From: Octopus sinensis
Lineage: Eukaryota
Assembly: GCF_006345805.1 (NCBI RefSeq)
Contig: NC_043001.1
Span: 110,918,001-110,982,000, forward strand
Length of the DNA stretch: 64,000 bases
Direction of reading: 5' to 3'
Shown: in pieces, positions 1 to 13,221 of the stretch
How the letters are laid out: every line of letters begins with the position of its first letter
How positions within the stretch are numbered: the first letter of the stretch is position 1
Notes under the pieces: model-generated
Told to the model about the DNA's origin: nothing
Databases searched by the model: none
Seen by the model: only the letters and a program-made list of their open reading frames with translations
Position numbers and translations under genes: made by a program

Positions 1-27
1 TAATTACCACAGAAACAGCTGTCGCAT
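1..27 (+). ncRNA. 3' half of a minimal type I hammerhead ribozyme motif (PLE tail), cut by the window edge
   Basis: GAAA-CAGCTG-TC at 12-23: GAAA core, palindromic stem III (ACAGCTGT), GUC cleavage triplet; same stem III as the complete motif at 54424-54475. The 5' core lies outside the window. Confidence 0.45.
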
Positions 28-225
28 TTGTAATTCTTCTCTATATATACATATATGAAGTATTTAGCGATGTCAAACTTATTATACGAATTATATTTTT
101 AAGTTCATCGAGTTCTTACATTTTGTTCACTTTGCCTCAAAGCGTAAGGTCATATCTAACCGAAGAGACTTTACTGTTACATGTATGCACTTTTGTTTAT
201 TTTGACTAAACAGGTAACTCTCTGT

Positions 226-632
226 TTTTTTACTCTTTTACTTGTTTCAGTCACTTGAGTGCGGCCATGCTGGAGCACCGCATTTAGTCGAGCAAATTGA
301 CCCTGAGACTTATTCTTTGTAAGCATAGTACTTATTATATCGGTTTCTTTTGCCAAACCGCTAAGTTACGGGGACGCAAACACTCCAGCATCGATGGTCA
401 AGCGATGTTGGGGGAACAAACACAAACACACAAACACACACACACATATATATGCATATACATATATACGACGAGCATCTTTCAGTTTCCGTCTACCAAA
501 TCTACTCACAAGGCTTTGGTCGGCCCGATGTTATAGTAGAAGACACTTACCCAAGGTGCCACGCAGTGGGACCGGAACCGAAACCATATGGTTGGTAAGA
601 AAGCTACTTAGCACACAGTCACCCCTGCGCCT
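226..632 (-). mobile_element. tRNA-derived SINE, family A (octopus-type), near full length
   Basis: Minus strand starts with a tRNA-like head (degenerate A and B boxes), has an internal (TA)/(TG) microsatellite and ends in GAAACAAGTAAAAGAGTA; about 12 homologous copies in the window. Confidence 0.9.
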
Positions 633-1435
633 AAGATAAGGATATTATCTAACAATGAGAGTCATACGTTGTGAGATATTCTCTGTGTTATATTTTCCAG
701 TAAATCAAGAGATCATATAGAAACTATGCGCAAAAGTTTTCGAGAAACGGACCATGTTAGACATGGTTCATCGTTGGACGTACTGCACTCTTTAAAAAAT
801 CAAAAGTAAATTTTCGCTAGTGATGCCAATCAGAAAATCTCATAGGCCGCAGTCTGCCCGTGTCAGATGTAGGTCTGTTTCTATAGTCTTCCTTATCCAA
901 TTATCACCAACCTAGATTGCGTAAAAGTCGGTCAGGCGTACAATCCCACCAAATTCCTAACAAATCAACTCGAATGATCCCCTGTAAAGACATCGGAGTC
1001 TAAGTTGGAATCTTTTGAGCACTACTTAGTGTCTTCTATACTGAAAATTCCTTGGTCTAATCTGTGAATTATCTTTTGCTCGGTTACACACAGATAACAC
1101 TCATGGATAAGCAATTCTTGGGCACGGCTAAAAAGAATATCCCATTCCTACCGAGACATCTCCTCATGGAACTCCAACAACATAAAAATAACGACTTTAT
1201 ATCTACATCTTTCTTTTACCCATTTACCTTCCTCTGTCGCTTGTACTCTTTGCAAGTAGGACCTATTAATACACATACCTATATATTTATACATAAAAAT
1301 TCATCACTTGAATGTTTCCACCTTTTCTTTCTCTCGTTCTGCATGCATACTTATATACATATTTTGTATTTGATATATTTAATATATATAATATATTTGA
1401 TCGGTCTAATTTGTTTATCCGCATAATTGCCTCTA

Positions 1436-1465
1436 TATACATACATACATACATACATCCATACA

Positions 1466-1495
<30 letters not shown>
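1436..1495. repeat. (CATA)n microsatellite
   Basis: Direct reading of tandem CATA units. Confidence 0.95.
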
Positions 1496-1500
<5 letters not shown>

Positions 1501-1814
1501 TTATGTATACATTTATGAAACATAATGGCACACAAAGGCGCCTACCTGCCGGAAAGAGGAGTCAAAAACCTCATTTTAACCACCAATAATAACACTGAAA
1601 TATACGACAGAAAAAACAACAGTAGTTGACCGAACGGGCCAAAAACAATATTTCACATAGCTATATAGCTCAATGCTATATATGTCTTGGATTTTGGATA
1701 TACATGCGTATTACTGGATGAAAACCTTTTCAACTCGTCACGTTAAAATCTGCCGGTGTTCTGAATTGTTTATATATGTATTGTTATATATGTATGTACT
1801 CATCTATGTGCGTA

Positions 1815-2005
1815 AGTATTTGTGTCTATGTTTGCACTTCATATTTCCCCACTGCTGCCTGACATGCGTTGATGATGCGTTTACGGTCCTGTAACGTAGT
1901 AGTTCCACCAAAAAAATGTTAAAATATGTACAAAGTTTTAGACAAAGTACCGGGGTTGATTTTTTTCGCCTAAAATTCTTCAAGGCAATGATCCAGCATG
2001 ACCGA
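1815..2005 (+). mobile_element. Degenerate 3' part of SINE family A
   Basis: Diverged match to the family A tail (gtgtctatgtttg...tttacggtcctgtaacgtag...ggggttgatttt...ccagcatgacc). Confidence 0.55.
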
Positions 2006-2444
2006 AGCAACCCCGCCCCCAAGGAAAATACTAATTGATATACAAATGGTCCGGAAATATATTTTCACAGGCATATTTTATGAGTTAAAAGTACAGGATG
2101 TTTCACCGTATCTAACAATGTCAAATATCGTTTACATCTCGAAGATAGCGTCTTGGTCAAGAATGTGTTAACTGATCTATCGAAAATTTAGATAAAGACT
2201 TGGATCTGGAAAATACATAATTTAATACACCGAACATTAATAAACATCTGAGACAGCACTCTTGTCAATACAGACGTACAACCACCCACCCACAACATTC
2301 CAAATGACGTATGTTTAATAAGTATAGTTTAACATTCTGAAATATATACCTAGTGCAAATATAATTAACTGTACAGTTATATTTCAGAGCAAGAAAATAG
2401 CTTAAGACAATTATGTCCACCTACCCATCCATACAGTTATGCAT

Positions 2445-2795
2445 CTATCCGTCGGTTACGACGACGAGGGTTCCAGTTGATCCAATCAACGGAACAACCT
2501 AACGTGTAAGTGGCTGAGCACGCCACAGAATGTGTACCTTGAACGTAGTTCTCGAGGAGATTCTGCGTGACACAGAGTCTGACAGGGGTGGCAATTCGAG
2601 CTATAGGTACAACAGAAACAGGAGGAAAGTTGTGCTGAAAAAGTACAGCAGGGTTCGCTACCACCCACTGCCGGAGCCTTGTTGAACTTTAGCTATTTTT
2701 GCTCAAAAACCCTCTCGGCGACTGATCTGGGAATCGAAACTGCGATCCTATGGCCACTTGTTCGCTGCCCTAAACACTGGTTCATTGCGCCCCTC
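2445..2795 (-). mobile_element. tRNA-derived SINE, family C (diverged, internally deleted)
   Basis: Homologous to 7581-7967; tRNA-like head with GTTTCGATTCCCAGA on the minus strand. Confidence 0.85.
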
Positions 2796-3084
2796 CTATA
2801 TATATGTGTGTATATATATGTATATATATATATGTATATATAAATATTTGTATATATCCCGTGTAAATACAACGTGGGTCTAAGGACACGAACCAAAACA
2901 TCTGACATTTTATTTATAGTACTTTATTGTTGCTTTTGTTCATCATGCACAAATAGGTATGTGTGATCTTATTCTATTTTATTCAATGTTTAAAAATATT
3001 CAAGCAATTAGAAAACACCTGGGTGAATAGGACTTATTTTGTATACAACATGGATTCTCTCCTCCATGAATAACCATACAGTTT

Positions 3085-3382
3085 ATTTGTTTATGCTTGT
3101 TCCTTCTCGAGCCATACCTGGCTCATAGGGCCAGTTTCCCGGTTTCCTTGGAGTATAGGTTCCTCACCTGGAGGGGACGCCGGTCGGTCGCAGGTGAGCG
3201 GCAAGATGCAGGAGGAAAGAGGGAGAGAAAGGTGTGGCGAAAGAGTCAGCAGACGTTCGCCATTACCGCGTGGAGCTTAAGTGTTTCGCTCATAAACACA
3301 TATATCACCCGGTCTGAGATTCGAACCCTCGATCCCTCAACCGCGAGTCCGCTGCTCTGACCACTAGGCCATGTACCTCCAC
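3085..3382 (-). mobile_element. tRNA-derived SINE, family D
   Basis: Head GGAGG..CATGGCCTAGTGG...GGGTTCGAATCTCAGACC; homologous to 13375-13690 and 35127-35445. Confidence 0.88.
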
Positions 3383-3700
3383 TTATTTATTTATAGTGAT
3401 AAAGATTTTGTGTATACATAAGCTGACTCCTTTCATCAAAACGGTATTACCTTTACAGGTTCGTGGCGTGCTACACGTTAGATGACAAAACAATCATGGA
3501 GCACCGTCAAATGATGTCTTTTGCACAAGAACACAATATAGTTCCCGTCTGGAATTCGAAAGCACGATCTCGCAATCTAGAATGCAACAGACAACAACAG
3601 ATAATGAGTGATAAAATAAGTTTCGAGAAATGGCAATTAGGACTCTATTATTCTCGTGTTCACCAGTTCTGTATTTCGGTCTGACTGACTGTCTGACAAT

Positions 3701-3744
<44 letters not shown>

Positions 3745-3821
3745 CATTCCACATCTCTATTTTCCACGTTCTTTTAAGAACACACACCAACACACACACG
3801 CATATATGTATATATATACAC

Positions 3822-3859
<38 letters not shown>

Positions 3860-4659
3860 GTGTGTGAGTGTGTGTGTGTGTGCGCGTGAATATTCATATA
3901 TATATTAACTTCGAAGTCACTGTTAACCTTGTTCTTTTAAATGAATGATCTCTAATAAACTATATTGGTCAATTCTTCAGTTTAAGAGCAAATATTTTTA
4001 TAGGTACTTGCCAAACTTACATTCATATACATAGGTGAATATCATATACTTACTTACACGCACACACACACACACCACACGCATATACTAGAGTGAGCAA
4101 GAGAGAGAGACAGAAAGAGAGAGAGAGACAGAGACAAAGAGAGAAACCGAAGCAGAGATAAGAGAGAGAAATATCTCTGTGCGTGTGAAGAAATCTTCAA
4201 TATATGTTTCAATGTTTTAGTATATAAAGGAATATATTTAATAGAATCTAAATTTCCTTATAAATATTTCGCCCTTTTAAACATCGTCAACAAGCGGCAT
4301 TTGGCTTGACACCATCGCCAGTCCCATGCGTACATACCGCTTGCTTCTTAACTCTTCCTATTTTTGTAGGCGTGGAATCGTGTATATGTTGTAGACAAGC
4401 TATGGCAACATTAATCTGTCTATGTAATTCTATGCCTTTCTCTATGTACGATTACAAGCACATATTTCTGGTGCGATTATGTAACTGTCGACATGAGCTT
4501 ATAATGAAATACAACACTGAAAATGTGACAGCTATAATTCAGCTTCTTTCAGGATCAAAAGCCATAGACCGAATCTACATTCTAAAGTCGCCTTTTCAAA
4601 ATAAACATACGATCTGAGTGCTTCTTTGCGCCCATCACTAATGTATAGTACTGGTACTC

Positions 4660-4739
<80 letters not shown>

Positions 4740-5260
4740 ATGTGTGTGTGTGTGTATATCGTCCACCTACCTTATTCTTTAACAGATTGACACGAATTCT
4801 TTTCTGATTGATCATGGCGGAAACGGTTGTTCAAAGCATACAATGTAATACAAATGTACGTAGCACACATCATATTTATTTGTAGTTGATCATATATAAT
4901 ATCTGTTTAGCTGAGCTTTATTTTACCTAAATTTCTTGGTTGTACAAAACGTCAATGGCACTAGATTATTCGGAGATGGAATTTAAGAAATTTTAAATAA
5001 TGAAAATCGATTCTAGATGAGAGTAATTATGTGTCGATAAGCCATTACATGACAAATGATCGTCGTGGCGTACGTAGTCTGATTGCAGGTGGGAGTTACT
5101 CAGTGATTGTGCGGTGTGAGATATTTCAGCGACATCAGCTATTTACATTAGGATGCTACACCTAGTAGGGGAAAAGAATATATTGTCATCAGTCAGTCGT
5201 GATTTTGTAAGATGTAGTATTTCAGCGATAAGTTTTACCACGTGGTATTTGTGTTCGTAA

Positions 5261-5498
5261 AGCGGCGAGCTGACAGAAACGTTAGCACGCCGGGCGAAAT
5301 ACTTTTCGGCATTTCGTCCGCCGCTGCGTTCTGAGTTCAAATTCCGCCGAGGTCGACTTTGGCTTTTATCATTTCGGGGTCGATTAAATAAGTACCAGTT
5401 ACGCACTGTGGTCGATATAATCGACTTAGTCCGTTTGTCTGTCCTTGTTTGTCCTCTTTGTGTTTAGCCCCTTGTGGGTAGTAAATAAATAGGTATTT
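5261..5498 (+). mobile_element. tRNA-derived SINE, family B, with 17-bp target-site duplication
   Basis: Head GGCGAGCTG.CAGAAACGTTAGC and B box GAGTTCAAATTCC; GGTATTTGTGTTCGTAA duplicated at 5244-5260 and 5492-5508. Confidence 0.92.
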
Positions 5499-6774
5499 GT
5501 GTTCGTAAGCGATATATATGATACTATGCAACATCTACAGGCAGCTGGTGTTGTGAATCGGTCAGAAATACCAAGGTTGGTATATTTAGCTTTTCGGTAT
5601 TCAATGGGTATGTCAAGAGAGCGAACAATTTGTGGAAACAATAGAATTGTGAATTTGTCTATTGACGGAAACTGCTCGCTAGAGAAGGGCGTGTACTTTG
5701 TCAAGATGGCAGAGTCAACAACTATGTGCTCTAGCTAACGTAAGATGTATTCATTCAAACTTATTGCATATGATACCCGTGCAGTCTCATCAATGTTCCG
5801 GTGTCTCCTGAGGAAAAGGGACATAGATGTAAAGTTTTGTTTTACTGTCTCAACACCAGATTGTGCGGATGCATTTTATGTACACTCACTTAAATTCACA
5901 GGCCATCTTGTCCATCTTGTGTCACTCGTTACCGAACGTGGGTATAAGGGTGGCTCCTGAGAGCCTAGTTTTAAACAAGCAAATATCCATTTAACGTTCA
6001 GTTGCTAACATTTCGAAGACACGAGTTGGTGTGTGAAATGGAGATTGCGACCTTGCCTGTTTCCATCCGAAATAGCAAACTATGCAGGAAGAGTTTTATT
6101 GAAATGCTATTAGATACTTTTCAATTAAATTATGATATCTGGGAGAATTTGAATTTTTTAAAAATTACTATCAAAAATCTCCTTACAAAATTTTGTGCGA
6201 CATCTTTATAATATGGAAGGTTAAGTGCAATTACCATTTTTATAATTCACGGTTTAGCAGCAGCTTGGGGCAAACATTATACACATCACTAAAGCTTATC
6301 ACTAAAGTCATTTCTTGCTGGTGACTCGTTATATTGTGATATGACTTTGTTGACTTTCTCTCTCCTCGCCAGTCGTTTGAAATATCTTGTCACGCACCTG
6401 AATATGCTTCTACTTACACCTGTGCTTGCTTACAGTGTCTATAAATGGAAAGTTTCCTATTTTGGCTTTCTAAGTTGGTAATACCTGCTGGTCAAGAGGT
6501 CTATCGGGACGTCCATGGAGTTGACACATCTTAAATTGATGGAAAGAGATACAGGTATGCTGAACACATTGAATATGTTTACAAGGTTTTTTGCGAATGT
6601 ATCCATGGAATAGAAATGTCTTTAGGTGGCGAATTGACTTGATCTACTTCATTAAAGGAAATTGGATTTATAAGCCTTAAGCATAATAAAGAGGGAACAC
6701 AGAGAATCAATTTAGAAGTTTTTTAGTTTTAGGACAGTAGGTTTTTTCTTCCTCTTCCGTGTATATCTCTTTCT

Positions 6775-7162
6775 CTTTGACACTTTTACTTGTTTCAGTC
6801 ATTTGACTGTGGCCATGCTAGAGCACCACCTTTAGTCGAGCAAACAGACACCAGGACTAATACTTTGTAAACCTAGTACTTATTCTATCGGTGTCTTTTG
6901 CCGAACCGCTAAGTTACAGGGACGTAAACACACCAGCATCGGTTGTCAAGGGATGATGGGGGGGGACAAACACAAAAAAAAACATACACAGACACACACA
7001 TATACATATATACGTATATACGACGGACTTCTTTCAGTTTCCGTCTGCCAAATCCACTCACAAGGCTTTGGTCTGCTCGAGGCTGTAATAGAAGACACTT
7101 GCCCAAGGTGCCACTGAACCCGGAACCATGCGGTTCGTAAGCAAGCTACTTACCTCACAGCA
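6775..7162 (-). mobile_element. SINE family A
   Basis: Homologous to 226-632. Confidence 0.9.
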
Positions 7163-7580
7163 TGATATCTGGTATTATTATCGGTGTAAATAATCTTTTA
7201 TATATATAGAGATGTTTTCTATACCTCCATTCCTTCTTTTGAAGGAGAAAGTATACATTTGGTAACTGGTAAATGTGAATCTCAGATAATTGCTTCAAAC
7301 GTTCGGGTATGGGTTACAACGATGCCAAAATATTACGTGTTGATGGCATTCATCAAATGATCTTCGAAGTGATCAACTTGCTGTATCTTATATGAGTGTC
7401 TTCGTGATTTGAAGAGGAAATTTCTCTGCGTGCCTGTTTGCACTTGGATTTTCTACGAACTGAGATAGCATCAAATACGTTTCAGCACAGTTATAATTTC
7501 CTCGGAAAGATGTGAATTTGAACTAGTTTAACGTGCTGACTTTTTATGGATAGATTCCTATCCATAATTAGTTTTGGATT

Positions 7581-7967
7581 TGGAAGCACTCCGTCGGTTA
7601 CGACGATGAGGGTTCCGGTTGATCCGAATCAACGGAACAGCCTGATCGTGAAATTAACGTGTAAGTGGATGAGCACACCACAGACACGTGTACCCTTAAC
7701 GTAGTTCTCGGGGATATTCAGCGTGACACAGAGAGTGACAAGGCCGGCCCTTTGAAATACAGGTACAACAGAAACAGGAAGTAAGAGTGAGAGAAAGTTG
7801 TGGTGAAAGAGTACAGCAAAGATCACCACCATCCCTGCCGGAGCATCGTGGAGCTTTTTAGGTGTTTTCGCTCAATAAACACTCACAACGCCCGGTCTGG
7901 GAATCGAAACCGCGATCCTATGACCGCGAGTCCGGTGCCCTAACCACTGAGCCATTGCGCCTCCACC
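7581..7967 (-). mobile_element. SINE family C, full length
   Basis: tRNA-like head GTGGAGGCGCAATGGCTCAGTGG...GGTTTCGATTCCC; flanked by CCATAATTAGT at 7562-7572 and 7967-7977. Confidence 0.92.
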
Positions 7968-8634
7968 CATAATTAGTATCAGAACCACTAATTCAAATGA
8001 GAGAACACACGAAGAAAAGTAGAACTTCACAAATTTGTTCGACGTTACATGTGTTTCATAATTTCGTCTCAGCTACACCCCAGTTTCGTAGGTGTAGAAC
8101 ATGTGTACATCATCAAAACAGAAAGAATGCAACCATACACACCTAAACTCATGCGTTAAGGCTTCATGGAGTGCAATGCTGCACCCATAAACTTTGTGGA
8201 AACCTCAATGAATTTTGGAGGAGATGAAGGAATACAGCCAAAGCGAGAACGCTCGAAATTAAGTTGACACCACAAAATTGTAAAATGTGATGGTATTACA
8301 CGCGGGTAAGAATATAGAAAAAAGTTGAAAATGCACTTGGAGTCGTTCAGACCATTCATTTTTAAAGGTTTGACTGGTTTCAGACATTTTACGGATTTCC
8401 AAAATTTCAGTGAGACGAAAATTTTTCAATTTCGCTGCACGCATATATCTTTGCCAGCATGCATTCCAATGAAGTTTTATATAGCAATCGTAACACTATC
8501 GAAAGTTGTTTCCAGAAAATATTGGTTCCTCTTTGAACTTCTATTTCTTATTATATATATATATAAAGAGAGAGAGAGAGAGACAGACAGACAGAGACAT
8601 ACAGAGGGGCAGCGAGAGAGATATATATCATATA

Positions 8635-9038
8635 TTCTTTTATTCTTTTATTTGTTTCAGTTATTTAACTGCGGCCATGCTGCAGCACCGCCTTCAGTCG
8701 CGCAAATCGACCCCAAGATTTATTCTTTGTTAGCCTAGTAATTATTCTATCTTTCTTTTGCTGAGACGATAGGTTACGGGGACGTAAACGTACCAGCATC
8801 GGTTGTGGACAAACCCCGACACACAAGCATACACACACATATGCATGTATATATATATATATATATATATATACGACGGGCTTCGTTCCGTTTCCATCTA
8901 CCAAATCCACTCACAAGGCTTTGGTCAGCCCGACGTTATAGAAGAATATACCTGCCCAAGGTGCCACGCATTGGAACTGAACCCAGAACTATATGGTTGG
9001 TAAGCAAGTTACTTCCCACATAACCACTCCTCTGCCTG
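8635..9038 (-). mobile_element. SINE family A
   Basis: Homologous to 226-632. Confidence 0.9.
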
Positions 9039-10287
9039 TATATGATATATACTTTATTAACTATATCTGTCTTTCCACAGAATGAATAATATGTTGCTTC
9101 ACTACCTGATACCATCGCAGCTTATGAGTGATGGATGTATAAACACTGAAGTAGGATTTAAATTCAGCCAAAATGATAAACACTGAAATTAGACACATTG
9201 AAGAAAAAATTCATATGATCTACATCCAGAAATATTTACAGTCATCGCCACCAAGGCGAGTGTTTGAGCATTATAGATGATATCTCGTCATCTGATAACT
9301 AGTCAGAATAAAACATAGATGTATTCAGAATAAACCATATCTTCCATACAAATTCCAAAGGCAGACGTTCTAGTCGGATGAGATGAAATAAAAGGCAATC
9401 CACGATATCTACACTGCAATGAGAATACGTGTGCAGTTTAGAAGTTATCACTCTATCTCTAACTCTTCAGACTACTCAGAGATATTGCTTTGTGAAGTGT
9501 GTAGACTATTCCCAACTGATTTAAGTGTATATATGTTTTAAGTATACCATACCGAATGTAACTGTTTTCATAACCAAATAGCACGAAATAGTATTGCGCT
9601 ATACTGACATTATAAAGACGCTACCTAAATGGGAACCGGATGAACATTTCCCCCTATATATTATGGTTGCGACACTCATTGAATTGTTTCGGGTCACGAA
9701 AATCAGTTTTAATTCAGTGAGTTATTCCTCAATTTGAATAAGACATATCTCCGAGAAATAAATCAGTTCTGCTACTCATGCCTAGCCTAATACATGAGCT
9801 TTAAAACTCGTAGTCATGATGATGAGTTTGTTAACTGTGCGGGTATTTAGCCTTGCTGGCTGTTAATACTAGTATAATGAATGAAACCACCGACCAGCCA
9901 GCGGCGTTGCCAAGAATTCGCCGGATAATGATTATATTAAATAATGGCAATAAATCAAATTTTTGGCAATTTTATGTTAAATTGATCTGATTGACTAAAA
10001 TTCTGATATATGTCAGATTCTGCTCATTAGGTGCGGCATATTTTAATTTTAGCTGTCAAGGAAAGGGTGTTAATGAGATTAAGACCTTCATGCATGACGG
10101 AACAATGCTTTCAAACTGCATCAGAATAATTCATTGTATAGAAAATGTGTACAGTTGCTGAAATAGCTACTGAGATTTCTTATCTTCAACTCTTATTCGC
10201 CAATATATTTAGAAAACTTTAATATTATCATAGTTTTGATTGATATGAACGGGAATTATTTGCTTTTTTCGTTGCAAGTAAAGCATG

Positions 10288-10406
<119 letters not shown>

Positions 10407-10489
10407 GTCTCTCTCTCACTCTGTCTATCTAACTATCTTATATATATAGATAGGTAGATAGAGAGATAGATAGTCGCCATGATATATCG

Positions 10490-10715
10490 GTAGCCATACC
10501 ATACATTTTTCTCTCATTTTGTCTCTCATTTTTTCTCTCCTTGTTGCTCTCTTTTTTTCTCTCCTTGTTTCTCTCCTTGATTTTTTCTGTCTCCCTTTCT
10601 GTACAAGAGCGTAGGCTCGAAACGTAAAATACTTTTTCACTTCCTGAGCGTTATACTAATAGACCTGTTTATTTTCTACACCACCTGTTTTCGTCTTTTG
10701 TTTTTTTGGTGAACT
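10490..10715 (+). mobile_element. Dispersed repeat, probable PLE 3' tail (second copy at 46845-47015 on minus)
   Basis: Shares AAGAGCGTAG(G/A)CTCGAAACGTAAAA..CTTT.TCACTTCC.GAGCGTTA with the reverse complement of 46845-47015; pyrimidine-rich leader; abuts microsatellites. Confidence 0.55.
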
Positions 10716-10864
10716 CTCCCCCTATATATATATATTTGTGTGTGTATGTATTTGTCTGTCTATCTGTCTATGTATCTATCTATCTATCTACCTATCTATC
10801 TATCTATCTATCTTTCTATATATATATACACACATATATATGTTTATATATATATATACATATA

Positions 10865-10943
<79 letters not shown>

Positions 10944-11108
10944 TTGATCATGTATTTAACTTAATATATCTTCGTGCTGGTTAACATGGCATCGAAGGGT
11001 AAATTCATACCTAAAGCAAACTGACATTATAAATACATTTAACTACCAAAAACTATTCAGTTGTGCCATAAGTATTTTGTTGCTTTTTACAATTTGAACA
11101 CCGATCCT

Positions 11109-11237
<129 letters not shown>

Positions 11238-12739
11238 GTGTGGTCGCTTGTATCGGTGAGAAAAACTCAAAACTAGCTCAAAACTAGCGTACCGGAAAAT
11301 ATACGTTGCAGTATTTTTCTGCCAGAATTGCCTAGATACACCCTTGTCTCTCTTTTCCATCAGAAACTCAGTGTATTTATGATTGGTCCGTTGGAAGTCT
11401 GTAAGCAACAAAAATATTTTTTTACAATGTGCACGATATAAATAAAATAAGCATTGACCTCGATGTATTTGTCTCCTCCCAAATTTCTGCCTTGTGCCTG
11501 TTAGAAACCTTTATTTTTTATTATTAGACAAAATAATGATAAAATGAATTATACTAGTTTGAAAACAGTCTTTTTAAATGTGACCCAATGAATAAATCAT
11601 AAGTATTATAGCTGTGGCTCATGATGTTGTTATTCTTGTCATTGTTACTGTTTTCTTGTCTAATAATTTTATTTTGTGTGTGCTAAACATATTTTTACTA
11701 AGTTTCTGTGATATTTTAATTTTTTTTATCAGTAATTCGTAGAAAAAAATATTTACTCAACATGAATAAAACGAGAAGAAAAAAATAAAGCGAATGTGAA
11801 AAAGATTGGTTTAAAATATAGATATTTTTAGCATGATAGAATAGAAAAGAATGTAAGAGGTATAGATTAAGTGCAAGGGAGAAAGATAAAGTGAGGAAGA
11901 AAGCGTTGATGTAGCAACAAAAATGTTTCTAAAATTTAAAAGACTTCCATTTAAACTCTATTACTATAACACATTGCTATAACAAGTGCGTAACTTTAGA
12001 ACATTGGACGTTTACAATGTATAAGATTCTAATCTAACCATTTGCTTGGCATTTGCTCCCAAATCTTCAAACACACCCATCTCACGAAGGCTGCGTTTTA
12101 TGTTTATTTATTTTTCCGACATTTTATTGAGTTTAAAAAAGAAAGGAAAAAAAGTGCCATACGAAATCGTTTTAAACGTAACTTTTTAAAAATACGTTCC
12201 AAACTTCTTAAGTAAAAACCTAGTAAATACATTATTACTATGACAGCATTCATGACACCATCCCAAAATATTTTTTAAAATTTGCAGTTTGTTAAAATGT
12301 GACAATATAATTGAATGCGTATACATGATACAGAAACACATACACATATTTTCATATATGCATGTTTACATCAGATCATGTACAATATAATATGACAATG
12401 TATTACATCATATATGCATATGTGTGTGTTTTTTGTGAGCGCATGTGTGTGTGCACGTGAGTGTATGTTTATATATGTGTGTTTGTGTGAGTGTGTGTAT
12501 GTGTGTGTGTGTGTATAATACGCTGAAAAATCTCTCCCTAATTTCATTCCACTTTGAATTGAATGGCCTACATAAGTTTAAATAAAACACCTTTAATTGA
12601 TGCCTTAGAAATGTTTTCAACTATGACACACCATACTGAGCTAAATCTGCATTTGTTAGATTGTAATTCTTTTCATTTCTCCTTATTTCTATACAATAGA
12701 CGAGCGTTACTAGGCTCATAGATTCCGTGTACGACTTTT

Positions 12740-12963
12740 CACGAACCAACGATTGGACTTATATACAGAGGTGCTCCATTTACGAGAAACAATTTACCTA
12801 CATTGTTTAAATGACATCCTACTTTTTCTCCTGCTGAAAGCAATAGTACATCATTTAGATACAGATAATTCATGTACAATAATAAGGGATGCTCATATTT
12901 GGGATGCTTCAATTCCAAGTTAATATCGACAACAAACAGACTGCAAGGGGATAAAACATACAA
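12740..12963 (-). mobile_element. Degenerate non-LTR retrotransposon RT fragment
   Basis: Minus ORF VLSPCSLFVVDINL...LLYMNYLYLNDVLLLS...LNNVGKLFLVNG resembles the LSPxLF / YADD-xLLS region of LINE reverse transcriptases. Confidence 0.45.
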
Positions 12964-12989
12964 TTCTAGCCATTAGTATTATTGGCTCA

Positions 12990-13221
12990 AAGGCGGCGAG
13001 CTCGCAGAAACGTTAGCACGCCGGGCGAAATGCTTAGCGGTATTTCGTCTGCCGCTACGTTCTGAGTTCAAATTCCGCCGAGGTCAACATTGCCTTCATC
13101 ATTTAGGGGTCGATTAAATAAGTACCAGTTACGCACTGGGTTCGATATAATCGACATAATCCGTTTGCTGTCCTTGTTTGTCCTCTCTGTGTTTAGCCCC
13201 TTGTGGGCACTAAAGAAATAG
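12990..13221 (+). mobile_element. SINE family B with 14-bp TSD
   Basis: Full family B sequence; GTAT(T/C)ATTGGCTCA at 12976-12989 and 13222-13235. Confidence 0.92.

Larger units (their letters stand above)
5510..8500 (-). mobile_element. Highly degenerate Penelope-like retroelement (reverse transcriptase remnants), interrupted by SINEs
   Basis: Hand translation of the minus strand gives, in the expected order and spacing: IYQLPNVY (7251-7274, like YxLPKIHK), YYQ..(K)IGN (about 6453-6483, like QxxGxxMG), FRCVDKIF with a 1-nt gap (6379-6402, like FRYVDDIF), NGY (5983-5991) and a PF..IVRSLDIPI..CRCC linker (5530-5700). Many stops and frameshifts; boundaries approximate. Confidence 0.55.

Noticed and set aside
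297-639. Recurrent ORFs such as ...IYIRRASFSFRLPNPLTRLWSARCYSRRHLPKVPR...
   Set aside because: They are read-through of SINE family A copies, not a gene family.
3459-3684. Possible exon after a CTTTACAG acceptor, ORF ...MEHRQMMSFAQEHNIVPVW...
   Set aside because: No recognisable domain, no convincing donor and no compatible neighbouring exons.
4663-4737. AA/TT phase shifts inside long (TA)n tracts (also 11113-11215, 45330-45460)
   Set aside because: They cannot be distinguished from indel errors in sequencing or assembly of low-complexity DNA.
5261-5345. tRNA-like A/B box sequences at many positions
   Set aside because: All are SINE heads followed by SINE bodies; no complete cloverleaf was found.
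10598-10635. Hammerhead-like GAGC-GUAG-GCUC-GAAACGUA (also 46934-46972 on minus)
   Set aside because: The 5' cores read CUGUACA and CUGUGGA, lacking the conserved A6, and stem I is poor. They may be decayed or variant motifs but cannot be supported from these copies.
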